Shown here one piece after another: positions 1 through 10,915 of a stretch of DNA of 64,000 bases. The stretch's first letter is position 1. Each line of letters begins with the position of its first letter. A program made the position numbers and the translations under genes. The stretch is from Tubiluchus corallicola (lineage: Eukaryota > Animalia > Priapulida), in the NCBI GenBank assembly GCA_030141605.1, contig JAQGDQ010000427.1:124001-188000 (forward strand), in the 5' to 3' direction. The notes under the pieces are model-generated. The model was not told the origin of the DNA and searched no databases. It saw nothing but the letters and a program-made list of their open reading frames with translations.

Positions 1-2290
1 ATTTCTGGAATTGTCCAGCAAATACTGATAGACATGTACGTGGATAATATGATTATGGGGATTGATTCCACTTCTGCTGCCTAAGCAATTCAGTTTTATA
101 TTGAAACAAAACTGATATTCAAAAAAGCAGGAATGAATCTTCGTGAGTGGGCTTCTAACTTTCAACCATCGATGGACAACTAGCAGACAATTGCACTAAT
201 GGAAACTCCATGAAAGTCCTTGGTTTAAAATGGAATACTCTACTTGATCGTCTCGTGGATTGCTACAGTTTCCAAAATGCACAGATAAAGTGCCAAGTGC
301 TAAAAGTGACTCCATTAATCTTCGGCCCACTAGGGATTGTGACACAATTGACTCTGCTTGCAAAACTTTTATTGGCAGACCTGTGGGCTCACAAATATAC
401 ATGAGGCAGCTCCTTATCACCAGATCATCCAGGACAAACAGAATCAGATTGCACATCTTCAGGCACCTATCCTATCCTCATTTCTGATTCCCAATGTGTG
501 CTGTACCCATTTGGTAGGTAACAACAAAGCCACTATATTGGTATTTGTACTTTTCGGTATATTTCAACCATCTCTGTGACATTGACATAAACAAACACAC
601 AATTCCTAATAAACTGTTCCGTGTAAGAGCTTATGTCTTTTGTGCCAAGAAGAAGTTCAAAGATACAAGTGTTATTGGAATACTCACAAAGGAAGAACTT
701 AATCTTGTTAAAGTGACCTGGATAAAACACGCCCAAAGCAAAGAATTCTTCATCAAGGCTCCAGAACATTCACTTGAAGAGGGAAAAACAGACGGCTACT
801 TTGATCAAGGATTTAAGACAGCAAAATCCAACGCTTGATGACCAATTCTCCTTCCACGACAATGCTATTTCACAAAACTGGTGATAAAATACGTCCAACG
901 ACTATTGGATTCTGGATGGTAAGTGTTGCGACAATGTACACACGCTGACGTACGGAAGGCCCTCTTTACTGCCTGGCAGAAATGCCAGCTCTGCCATCAG
1001 AGTGGGTCTGGCGACCTAAACCATTTTGACATGTTGGTCTTGACTACAGGAAAAGAACATCACTAGACAAATGTAAACGTTGTTTACAAAAATTATGTCA
1101 GCACTTTAAATTCTGACACCATTTATGATATGTGGAGCAGCTCTTGTGATATAGGGCGCTTTCGTTATGATACCACAAACACTTTTTTTCTACTAATTTC
1201 TGATACATGCTGACACGTGGGTTCAGCGAACCTTTCCATTTAAGCATAGTTCACAGTCGACTGATGGTCAAGTGTCACGTACCAAACCAGCTTGAGAAAT
1301 TATCTACAGTTTACAGAAAAAGTTGTGTTTGCCTTTCTAGTTTTTTGGAAACACGAGCAGTGCATCTAGAGCTGGTGATTGACATGCGCACAGAATTTTT
1401 GCTAGCATTTCGCATATTTGTTGCAAGACAAGGTTGTCCTGACACCACCATCAGCGATAATGTAGACCAATTTCATCTAGCCAAACAAGCTTTGGACACC
1501 CATTTCACAAAACCATGATGTCTCAAGACGTTCAAAAACACTTTGCACGTGAGAATATCAAATGGAAATTTATTGTTGCAAATCACCACAGTCACCAATA
1601 CGAAAGACTGGTTGGACTGGTCAAACGTTGCTTGTAAAGATCACTTGGGACAAGAGTCTTAACCAAACATCAGCTAATCACAGTACTGGCTGAAATTGAG
1701 ATGGTACTCAACAACCATCCATTAATATACCTGGACCAAGGTATCAATTCTAGTAGATTTCATTACACCAGCTCACTTTCTAACATTTCACTCACTTAAC
1801 CTTGTTGCCTCAAATGAACAACTCAAAGAACATACAGATTACAAACCAAACACTTCCAATAAAGACAATTTGAATGAAAGCTGGAAAAGTGAATTTCCTT
1901 ATTAGTCTCATTCTGGTCTACATGGCAAAATGAATATCTATTAAGCTTGTGTGAACACAATCAGTCACAACATCGACAATCTCGATCATTATTCCCCCAA
2001 GCCCCAAAGTTGGCGATATTGTATTAATACAAGATAACTTGCCCAGAGGACAATGGAAATTGTGGCACATCACTGAACTTATTTCAGCCCGAGATGGCCA
2101 AGTTCGTGCCACACAAGTTCGCACAACAAAGGGCTATCTCATTGAACGTTCACTCAAATACTTTTATCCCTTGGAATGTGCAGATAATATACATGATAGT
2201 CATGACAGATTTCAGAAAAGAGACACTTCTGTACCATCATGTATTTCTAATACCTCAGAACGCAAAAAAGAAAAGGCAGATTTACTTTAA
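1..2290 (+). mobile_element. Degenerate BEL/Pao LTR retrotransposon pol remnant (RT end, RNase H region, integrase, DUF5641-like C-terminus)
   Basis: Frameshifted translations give DMYVDNMIMG (RT), MNLREWASN, KVLGLKWN, HVGLDY, AVHLELV (integrase) and GQWKLWHITELISARDGQVRATQVRT. Many stops. Element continues beyond the window start. Confidence 0.92.
1050..1255 (-). mobile_element. Foreign LTR 3' end plus tRNA-Leu-like PBS inserted in the BEL integrase
   Basis: 1126-1255 matches 63190-63323. On the minus strand it is followed by TGGTGTCAGAA (1121-1111). It interrupts the integrase between GLDY and the AVHLE region. Confidence 0.6.
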
Positions 2291-4463
2291 CTTTTCTTGT
2301 CTACTGTTGATTATGTTTTCCATTTTTTGTGTATGTGGGTTGAGTATGAGACTACGATTTGGGGTAAAATACATATTGTTAAGTTAAACCATGTATTCAT
2401 CCACAGATTTCAACTGATTAACACGAACATCGCAACTTCAAAAACAGTCTAATCGACCTGCCAATGTCAGTTGTTGGTTCTCTGCAAAATATTCCAGTGA
2501 CAATTCTAGCATCACGATAAGGCTTGCCCTCTGCTGTTTGTGTGTGTGTGCGTGTGTGCGTGTGTGCGTGTGTGTGTGTTTTGGTTATCTGTAAATGTTT
2601 TCAGCTTTATTTTTATCGTTTTGCTAAAGAACTGAGTAACAGGTGAAGTTGCTGCCAGATGCTCTTGCTTAAAAGCTTGGTATGCAGTAACTGTGCCAAA
2701 CAGTTTACGTGGCGTACAAACTTGTGCAAGCCACAAACTGGTATTAACCAAAGAAATGAGGAACTGCCTGCTGTACATGATGTTGATAACGATGAAAATC
2801 ATGATCTACTCGAGTCTTAATTATTTAACACCAAATTAAAATGCGACATCTAGGTATTTGTTGTGTAAGTGTGACTTTTTGCCACCTGAGGCGCTTTAAT
2901 TGTGACTTCTTGCGATATTGTCGTTTTGTGAATTTATATTTATGTTGCTAATTATTCTGCAAAGCAGTGTTTATCAGACATTCGGAATTCGTTATGTGTT
3001 ATTGCACTTTGGTGTTAGGGATAGTTTTTGCTGTGGACGGACTTTATCACCAGCTTTTTGAAATAGCGTTGTCGTGGAAGGAGAATTGGTTCACTGGTTG
3101 CTTGTGTAAGTTGTGCATCTCCAATGCGACCTTTATCGCATCATCATCGAGCGTTTGATTTTGCTGACTTAAACCCTTGATCAAGTAGCCGTCTGTTTTT
3201 CCCACTTTAAGTGAATGTTCTGGAGCCTTGATGAAGAATTCTTTGCTTTGGATGTGTTTTATCCAGGTAACTTTAACAATATTAAGTTCTTCCCTTCCGA
3301 GTGGTCCAATGACACTTGTACCTATAAGCTTCTTAGTGGCACAAAAGACATAAGCTTTGACACGGAACAGTTTATCAAGAATTGTGTGTTAATTTATGTC
3401 AATGTCACAGAGATCACAACAATAAAGTTGAAGGCTTATTATCATGCACTAAGTAATGTGTTTCAAAGAAGATTTGTGTTTCGTTCTTTGTTTTGGTTTC
3501 TGGGAGAAATTTATCCATCTGGTTTCAACAGATGCATGGCACAATCTCGGCATGCAGTTTCATCTTCCATCAAGAACTTGGGTTCATGAAGCCAAATGGA
3601 TTGGTCAAAATATTGACATCCGATGTTGCTCTGGTTACCACATCTGCTGGATTCAGCTTGGTTGAAATATACTGAAAAGCAAGTACCAATATAGTGGCTC
3701 AGTCATTAGCAAAAGAGGATTGGATCTAAAAGTGCGATATAGAGTTCCTTTTGAAAAATTTTAAGAACTCGTGTTCCTATAAGAGCAGTCAGCAGTTCTA
3801 ATCTTGGTATTTCAGATTTTCTTGGTGCCAATCTGGTTTTGCAAAAATATCAGGTTAGTTGATTTGTTTGTTGGATCAGTGCATCCGATGTAGGTACTTG
3901 CTACGTATGCTCTCTTGGATGCATCAACAAAGCATAACAGCAAATAAGCTGCCTGTTCACCTCATCCAAAATAAAGCAGAATTACAAATGAAATTATAGG
4001 TCCAGAAGATGTACAATCTGATTCCATTTGTCCTGGATGATCTGGTGATAAGGAGCTGCCTCATGTATATTTGTGAGGCCACAGATCTGACAAGAAAAAT
4101 CTTGCAAGCAGAGTAAATGGTGTCAAAATCACTAGTGGGTCGAACATTGATGGAGTCACTTTTAGCACATGGCGCTTTGTCTGTGCATTTTGGAAACTGT
4201 AGCAAGCCACAGAAGCAATTCCGAGACAATCAAGTAGAGTGTCCCATTTTAAACCAAGGACTTTCACGGAGTTTCCATTTGTGCAATTGTCAGGTAGCTG
4301 TCCATCGATGGTTGAAAGTTAGAAGCCCACTCACGAAGATTCATTCCTGCTTTTTTGAATATCAGTTTTGCTTCATTATAAAACTGAATTGCTTGGGCAG
4401 CAGAAGTGGAATCAATCCCCATAATCATATTATCCACGTACATGTCTATCAGTATTTGCTGGG

Positions 4464-4583
4464 CACTGCGGCCATATCACGTTGAAAACTCCGGTTCTCG
4501 TCTGATCACCGAAGTTAAGCAACGTAGAGCCTGGTTAGTACTTGGATGGGTGACCACCAAGGAATACCATGTGCTGTGGGCTT
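4464..4583 (+). promoter_or_regulatory. 5S rRNA-derived head with type-1 Pol III internal control region (box A / box C)
   Basis: About 119 nt, CTGCGGCCATATCACGTTGAA...GAAGTTAAGCAACG...TACTTGGATGGGTGACC...GCTGTGGGCTT, colinear with metazoan 5S rRNA. Confidence 0.9.
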
Positions 4584-5007
4584 GCGGGATGCCCACACTG
4601 TATCTCGACGATAGGCAGAGGAGATGCACAAGCAGAGCAGAGGCGGTCAAGTGACCCAATAGCCATGTGTTGAAACCTTCCAAATCAGGGGTGGAGCCAA
4701 CGAAGGCGGACCAGTGCAGCATGCTCACTGACTCCGGCAGCTCCTGCATCCAACCTGGTGCCAAACGTATCGCTTCGCTTTCCTCTGGACTACACCATGG
4801 AGGAAGAGAGGGGGTTCCTGTTGTCTGGGTAACTCAGGATCTCCATACACCTTGCCCAGGCGTGTGCCCTGGAGAGACCACTCCAGTGGTTCAAGGATCG
4901 GACTGCTCAGCCACAGTCAATACTGCAGCTCCATCAATGTGATCGATAACTGACTCTCTTGGCGCATGCTCCATTGTCTTCCGAGACAGAAGGATGCCAA
5001 AAACAAC
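4466..5007 (+). mobile_element. 5S rRNA-derived SINE (SINE3 type) with RTE-derived body and tail
   Basis: 5S-like head at ~4464-4583 with no T-run terminator. 4891-4953 encodes SRIGLLSHSQYC (RTE ORF C-terminus). Tail is CCATTGTCTTCCGAGACAGAAGGATGCCAA plus AAACAAC. TSD ATTTGCTGGGCA (4454-4465) / ATTTGCTAGGCA (5008-5019). The empty site is visible in the BEL paralog at ~12-23. Confidence 0.9.
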
Positions 5008-5410
5008 ATTTGCTAGGCAATTCCAGAATTTGTCTGTTTCAGATGATAGGCCACGGTGGCATTTAGAAGAACTGGCTACTGACGACACCAGAGTGCACTA
5101 GTGTAAAACGGAAAATTTAGTGGCTGTCTTTGTCAATAGTTGGTATGGATAGGTCTTTCATCCAGAGAAATCTGGTGACATCCCTCTCTGCATGTTGTAA
5201 TGCAACTTGTAAGAATGTTTTTGTATGTCTGCGCTCAAGGCTGTTTCATGCAGCTTAAAACGGGCTGTTTTGGAAAATTGTTTCTAAGCTTGCTACCATG
5301 TGTGAAAAAACTACTACCTTCACAGAGAAGCTAAGTAATCCCGTTACATACAAACATATAGCCGCACTACAAAATGTACTGAGAGATGTCTGCACTGACT
5401 TCGTGGTAAT

Positions 5411-5757
5411 TGTTGTGCAGATCGCTGGCATCTATTAGAATTACGTTAGAATAATCGTCTTACAGTGTAAAATGTTCTGGAACAAGACTTCTAGAAGCTT
5501 CTCAGGCACGCTATATAAGGCGAAGCAGGCCACTGAGACACACACACAGATTCATATGGATGCCACTTACACAATCTCTTGTATACTTGTATTTTCAGAT
5601 ACACTTAAACGCTTTCCAAATTTTCACGTTTATTGTAAACATTTCGCATTCCTTCATACTTTTGTGTTGTAGAATTTTCGCTTAATTAACTAGTTTAATT
5701 TGATGACGTGTTTTCTGGTTTTCTCTACGAGCCTTCCGAAAGAAGCAAAACACAACA
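5411..5757 (+). repeat. 5' LTR
   Basis: TGTTGTG...CACAACA, direct repeat of 9837-10198. Confidence 0.95.
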
Positions 5758-5761
5758 ATAT

Positions 5762-5779
5762 TGGCGCAGTCAACAGGAT
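5762..5779 (+). promoter_or_regulatory. Primer-binding site, tRNA-Ser-like
   Basis: TGGCGCAGTCAACAGGAT, 4 nt after the LTR, resembles the complement of a tRNA-Ser 3' end (TGGCGTAGTCGGCAGGAT). Confidence 0.75.
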
Positions 5780-5830
5780 CCTTGGTAACTCAGTGGACAG
5801 TTGTTTATTCAAGCAATGATGGCAGAGTAG

Positions 5831-6424
5831 ATGGGCGAACTTATCAAGCTCCTCTGCCAACAGATGCATCAGCTCGTGCAGCAACACACAGAAGATATGG
5901 ATGCTATGAAAAGGCTGCCTCAGGCTCGAACTCCAGAGAATTACAGCTCGAGCACCCACATAAAAACCTACATCAGCGCTTACAGCTGCCATTCCACCAT
6001 TTGCTGCTTTCAATCCAACTTCTGAACTGTGGTATGACTAATGGTCAAGATTTTGTACCTTCGTGGCAGCCAACACAGTGCCTGACCAACGCAAGGCTCA
6101 AGTTTTCCAAACAAATCAGACTGCTGCCATCTACAAACACCTGGCGAATCTAGCAACTCAACAGTCTCCATCCAAGGATATCAACGAACTGACAATTGAC
6201 GAAGTTGTTGACTTTATGAAGGAACAGTTTGACATGAAACTCTTCGTTGTGCGAGAACGTTTCAAGTTCTGGAGTGACATGTAACGGAAGCCAAACGAAA
6301 CTCCTCAGGAGTTAGCAGCCAATATATGCCAATAAGTTGCTACCTGTGACTTTTCTTCAATCCAAGACCCACAAGATGAAGCTCTGAGGCAGAGATTATA
6401 TGCTCTATCAACAACGAAGCTGTT
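5831..6424 (+). pseudogene. Gypsy gag N-terminal part, frameshifted with stops
   Basis: Fragments such as WSRF-type/AANTVPD..QVFQTNQ..IYKHLANLA, FVVRERFKFWSDM and DPQDEALR lie in different frames. Confidence 0.8.
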
Positions 6425-8494
6425 TTGATGGCTATCTTCAAAATCAAGGATGAAGATCTGACTTTCGCCTGTGCTATTCAAGTCGCTACCGAGACTGAAG
6501 ACATGGCAAATGCTGTCAAGGAAACTGTTTACGGTTCCAAGACCAGGCCCGTCAACAAAGTCAAGCTGAACCAGAACAAGGATCAACGAAAGAACCCTAA
6601 GCAGTCACATTTCACAGATATGGATACAAAGTGCTACAAAGTGAAACGCCATAAAGTGACTGACTGTCCCAACAAAGATGCCAAGTGCCATTTCTGTGAC
6701 AAGAAAGCACATTTGGAGGCTGTTTGCATGAAGAAGCAGCGACAGCAACGGGACCAAAAATCTGGAAAGTCAGTGAGGAAAATCTGGAAAGATGAGCTTG
6801 TCAAGGTGATCCTCGGTGAAGTTCCCGAAGATTCTCCTAGTTTGGATGTCAAAGTCAACATCCAAGACCAACAGTTCAAGATGGAACTTGACACTGCAAC
6901 CTCCGGAAATTTCGTTTCAGTGCTGATCTGGAAGCAACTAGGCAAGCTAAAGCTGGATGACGTCAGACATCGCTACGAGTCTGCCAGCAAGCACGACCTG
7001 CCCGTGCTGGGAACTTTCATGGGCCAGACCAAGGATCCAAAGACTGGCACACAAAGCTCAATTCCTTACATTGTCATCACCAAGATCCCTGACCTGAACC
7101 TGCTTGGACGAAATGCTATCCAGAAGCTGGGAATTTCTATGAACAATGCTCTAGGACTCATGGAGAGTCAAGACAAGAGCACGGGTGTAAAAACATCAAG
7201 TCCAGAGACTTGTTACACGTCTTACGCTTCCTTGCAACGAGATTGCCGCAACTTGTGTGACGAGTTCCCAGATCTCATCAAAGAAGAATTGAGGTGCCTT
7301 AAGGACTTTGAACTGGAAGAGAAGTTTAAGTCTGACGAGAAGCCGGTTTTTCACAAGGCACGACCTGTTCCATTCGCTCTTCGAGATGACCTGGCCAAAG
7401 GTTGCGAAGAAGTCATCGCCAAAGGTGTCTGGAAGCCAGTCCAGTTCAATGAATACGGAACGACAGCTGTACCTATTCATAAAGCTTACACTCCGGGCAC
7501 TCAGAAGCTCAAATTGCGGATCTGTGGTGACTACTCAGTCGGCATCAACGATCAGCTAGAGGACCACCATCATTCGATGCCACTCCCAGAGGAACTGATG
7601 CAGAAGCTGCGAGGCAGATATGGCTACACAAAGAACGACCTTGCTGATGCCTATAACCAGATTAAGCTGGCACCCGAGAGCCAATGGAGGCTAGCTCTCA
7701 GTACCCACCATGGTGTACTCCTGCAGCAACGACTTCCTTTCGGAATCAAGTCAGCGCCTGGTTACTTTCAGGAGATCATGGAGAACCTGACTAGTGATCT
7801 GCCTGGAGTCGCCGTCTTCCAAGACAATATGATCTTCAGCGGGCAAGATGCAAATGATCACCTGAGCAACCTGAGATGCTTGCTCACTCGTCTGAATGAC
7901 AAAGGACTCAGATGTCGTAGCAAAAACTGCTTGTTTGTACAACCAAGTATTGAATATCTTGGACACACCTTATCGACCAAAGGAATTGCGAAAGGATCCA
8001 AGGTCGAGGCAGTCATGAAGATGCCACCTCCTACAGACGTCTCAAGCTTGAAGTCTTTCTTGGGCTTGGTTCAGTTCTACGGGAAGTTCATCCCTAACCT
8101 GGCTACTATGGCAGAGCCTCTTTACCACTTGACCAAGAAGACAGTCCCCTGGAATTGGGGAGATGAGGAGCAAACAGCATTTCAACTGTTGAAAAATGTG
8201 CTATCCTCAGATCAAGTCCTTGTGCATTTCGACGCAGACAAGCCTCTGGGATTGGCTTGTGATGCGTTCAAAGTTGGAATTGGAGCTGTCCTGTTTCATC
8301 TCTATCCGGACGGAATTGAGCGCCCAATTGCTAATGTGTCCAAGACTCTCACAGCTGCAGAAACGAACTATAGCGAAATACACAAGGAAGCCCCAGCCAT
8401 TATCTTCGGCTTACGGAAATTCTACCAGTACCTCTACAGGCGTCATTTCACACTGGTGACTGATCGTAAGCCACTGACTTCACTCTTCGGATAG
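6425..8494 (+). pseudogene. Gypsy gag zinc knuckles, protease, RT and RNase H
   Basis: CHFCDKKAHLEAVC knuckle, MELDTA protease, LRICGDY, RLPFGIKSAP, catalytic motif decayed to FQDN, RNase H LACDAF...NYSEIHKE...TLVTDRKPL. Confidence 0.93.
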
Positions 8495-8499
8495 AAGAA

Positions 8500-9294
8500 A
8501 TGGACCCACTTCTTCCAGCTAATTGTCTAGCTCGGTGGGCCCTGTGGCCAAACCAATTTGACTACACCATCGAGTACCGGAAAACAGCAGATCACGGCAA
8601 TGCAGATGCCCTTAGTCGTTTGCCATCTGGAGACGACAACGACTTCGACAGGGAGGAAAATGGTGAAGACATGGACATGGTGTGTGCCATTAAAGTTCAC
8701 AGTATTCAAGTCAAGCCTGTGGATGCCAACATGCTCCGACAAGAGTCAGGGAAAGATCCAGTGCAAGCTATGGTCATGGCTAGCCGACGATGTGACTCAT
8801 GCAGAGAACATCAGAACAGGCTATCCAAGCCTGCAGTTCACCCATGGATGCTACCAGAGAAGCCATGGAGCCGCTTACACCTGGATCACACCATAAACTC
8901 CATGGGTACGAACTGGCTGGTGATCACGGATGCTTACTCAAAGTATCCTTGTGTTCACCCTACGTCTTCCACGTCCACTAGAGCCACTCTAGATTTGCTG
9001 GAAGAGGACTTTGCTCACTTCGGATTACCTCACACGCTGATCACAGACAATGCATCAACCTTCATGTCTGATGAGTTCCAGAGCTGGTGCAGAGAACATG
9101 GGATCACACATCTCACAGGAGCACCATACCATCCAGCTACCAACGGAGCAGCAGAACGATTGGTGCAGACATTCAAGCAAGCACCCAGGAAGTCTTCTCT
9201 GCCCCCGAAGCGAGCTCTTCAAGAGTTCCTGATGCAGTACCAGAGAACACCGACATCCTGTGGATTCTCTCCGAGTGAACTCTTGATGTTTTAG
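8500..9294 (+). pseudogene. Gypsy RNase H end and integrase (internally deleted)
   Basis: HGNADALSRLP, PWSRLHLD, ITDAYSK, ITDNA, PYHPATNGAAER. The His half of the HHCC finger is missing before CDSC. Confidence 0.92.
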
Positions 9295-9826
9295 AAGATA
9301 TGGACAAGGATCCATTCTCTGCTACCCTCGCCAGCGCACACCCCTCAGGGTAAGCAATCCTCAGTCAACTCCAGACTCGGGAGGTGTCGCCAAGGTCACC
9401 AAGCAGTACAAGGCTGGAGAGCCTGTCTATGCACTGTACTATGGACCTCATCAAGACGGACATCCCCGATGGGTACCAGCGGTCATCAAGAAAGCTTTGG
9501 GTACTCGCTGTTTCAACGTTAATGTCTTTCCTCATGATCCAGTGTGGAGACGACACTGGGAACAGCTACGTACATGCTACACTTCTGGAGAGGACTACGA
9601 ACCTGGTGATGAGATGGACTTTACTTCTGAGCTTCCACCTGATCATCCAATGGAGATCCTGGAATAACTGCCCGAAACCCTGAAGCAGACCAGAGCACCT
9701 CGGCCCATTTCCGAGACCAAGCTACATGTGCCAGAGTATGGACCGGACAACCCCAGATGATCCAAGTGGACACCCAACCCGAGAAAGGGACTTTGTTGCT
9801 GATGCTTTGGAGACAGCATCAGTTTC

Positions 9827-9836
9827 GGTGGGGAGG
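9827..9836 (+). promoter_or_regulatory. Polypurine tract
   Basis: GGTGGGGAGG immediately before the 3' LTR. Confidence 0.85.
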
Positions 9837-10198
9837 TGTTGTGGAGATCGCTGGCATCTCTCAGAATTACACAGAACATAGTAGAATGTTCCGTTAGAAT
9901 AATCATCTTACAGTGTAGAATGTTCTGCAACAAGACTTATAGATGCTTCTCGGGCATGCTATATAAGGCGAAGCAGGCCGCTGACAGACACACGCAGATT
10001 CACATGGACGCCACTTACACATTCTCTTGTATACCTGTAAATTCAGATACACTTAAACGTTTTCCAAATTTTCACGTTTACTGTAAACATTTCGCGTTCC
10101 TTCATACTTTTGTGTTGTAGAATTCTCGCTTAATAAACTAGTTTAATTTGATGACGTGTTTTCAGGTTTTCTCTACGAGCAAGAAACAAAACACAACA
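9837..10198 (+). repeat. 3' LTR
   Basis: TGTTGTG...CACAACA followed by the GTAAT TSD. Confidence 0.95.
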
Positions 10199-10714
10199 GT
10201 AATGAACGATGTTTGATTGTAGACGGCCGTAATAATCACGTCTGTAACGTTGTAATCATGAAGTTGATCAAACCGCCTCAGAATTCAAATAAACACACAG
10301 CTGAGGAACCTTTATTTCTTAATACAGGACACCGTTTTGATCACTGTTATATCACTGTTATATATATTTATATCACTATATATATATATATATATATAAC
10401 ATTTTGGCCGCTTGTTGGTTTTCTCAGCTAAATATTAGCGCCTGAGTCGTTAGCTAAAAACATTCATTCCATACGAAAATATATATCAAACAAACAAACG
10501 GTGATTCAATATTGAAACAGAGAAAGTAAAATTATTCGTTTGCTGTTCGCACTCAGACACTCACTAAATATTTGTAAACTAAATCACACATTAGACTAAA
10601 ATCATATAAAGAGCAACTGCGCTTTCACATCATATGATTTTCTTGGTCAGTTGGCTTCTTTTATATTTTGTTGCTCAAATGAAGCCACGCCCACATGCTC
10701 CTTGCGCAAAACTT

Positions 10715-10915
10715 GAGACGCTCTAATTGTGACTTTTTGCGATATTGTCATTATGCGCTATGCGAATTGTTATTTACGCTGTTAATTATTCTGTAATGCG
10801 GTGTTTATCAGAAATCCGGAATTCGTAATGCGTTATTGCGCTATATGAATTTATATTTACTTTGCGAATTACTAAGTAAAGTGGGCTTTATCAGACATCC
10901 GTAATGCCTTATGCG
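10715..10915 (+). repeat. Dispersed repeat shared with ~2885-3010
   Basis: TAATTGTGACTT..TGCGATATTGTC...GTGTTTATCAGA..CGGAATTCGT.ATG occurs at both loci. Confidence 0.7.

Larger units (their letters stand above)
3160..5300 (-). mobile_element. Second copy of the same BEL/Pao family, opposite orientation, interrupted by a SINE
   Basis: 3160-3415 and 4000-4465 are reverse-complement matches to 575-835 and 1-460. Minus-strand ADIQK..FLQVAL..ERDVTRFLW (RT) lies near 5150-5250. Confidence 0.9.
5411..10198 (+). mobile_element. Full-length, mutated Ty3/Gypsy LTR retrotransposon (Mag/K02A2.6-like)
   Basis: Paired TG...CA LTRs, TSD GTAAT (5406-5410, 10199-10203), PBS, PPT and gag-PR-RT-RH-IN order. 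Confidence 0.97.

Noticed and set aside
4464-4583. Functional 5S rRNA gene
   Set aside because: Single copy, no oligo-T terminator, fused to RTE-derived sequence and bounded by a TSD inside a retrotransposon. It is a SINE head.
4584-4890. HDV-like ribozyme in the SINE middle
   Set aside because: Such ribozymes are known in some RTE 5' UTRs, but I could not assign the nested double pseudoknot by eye.
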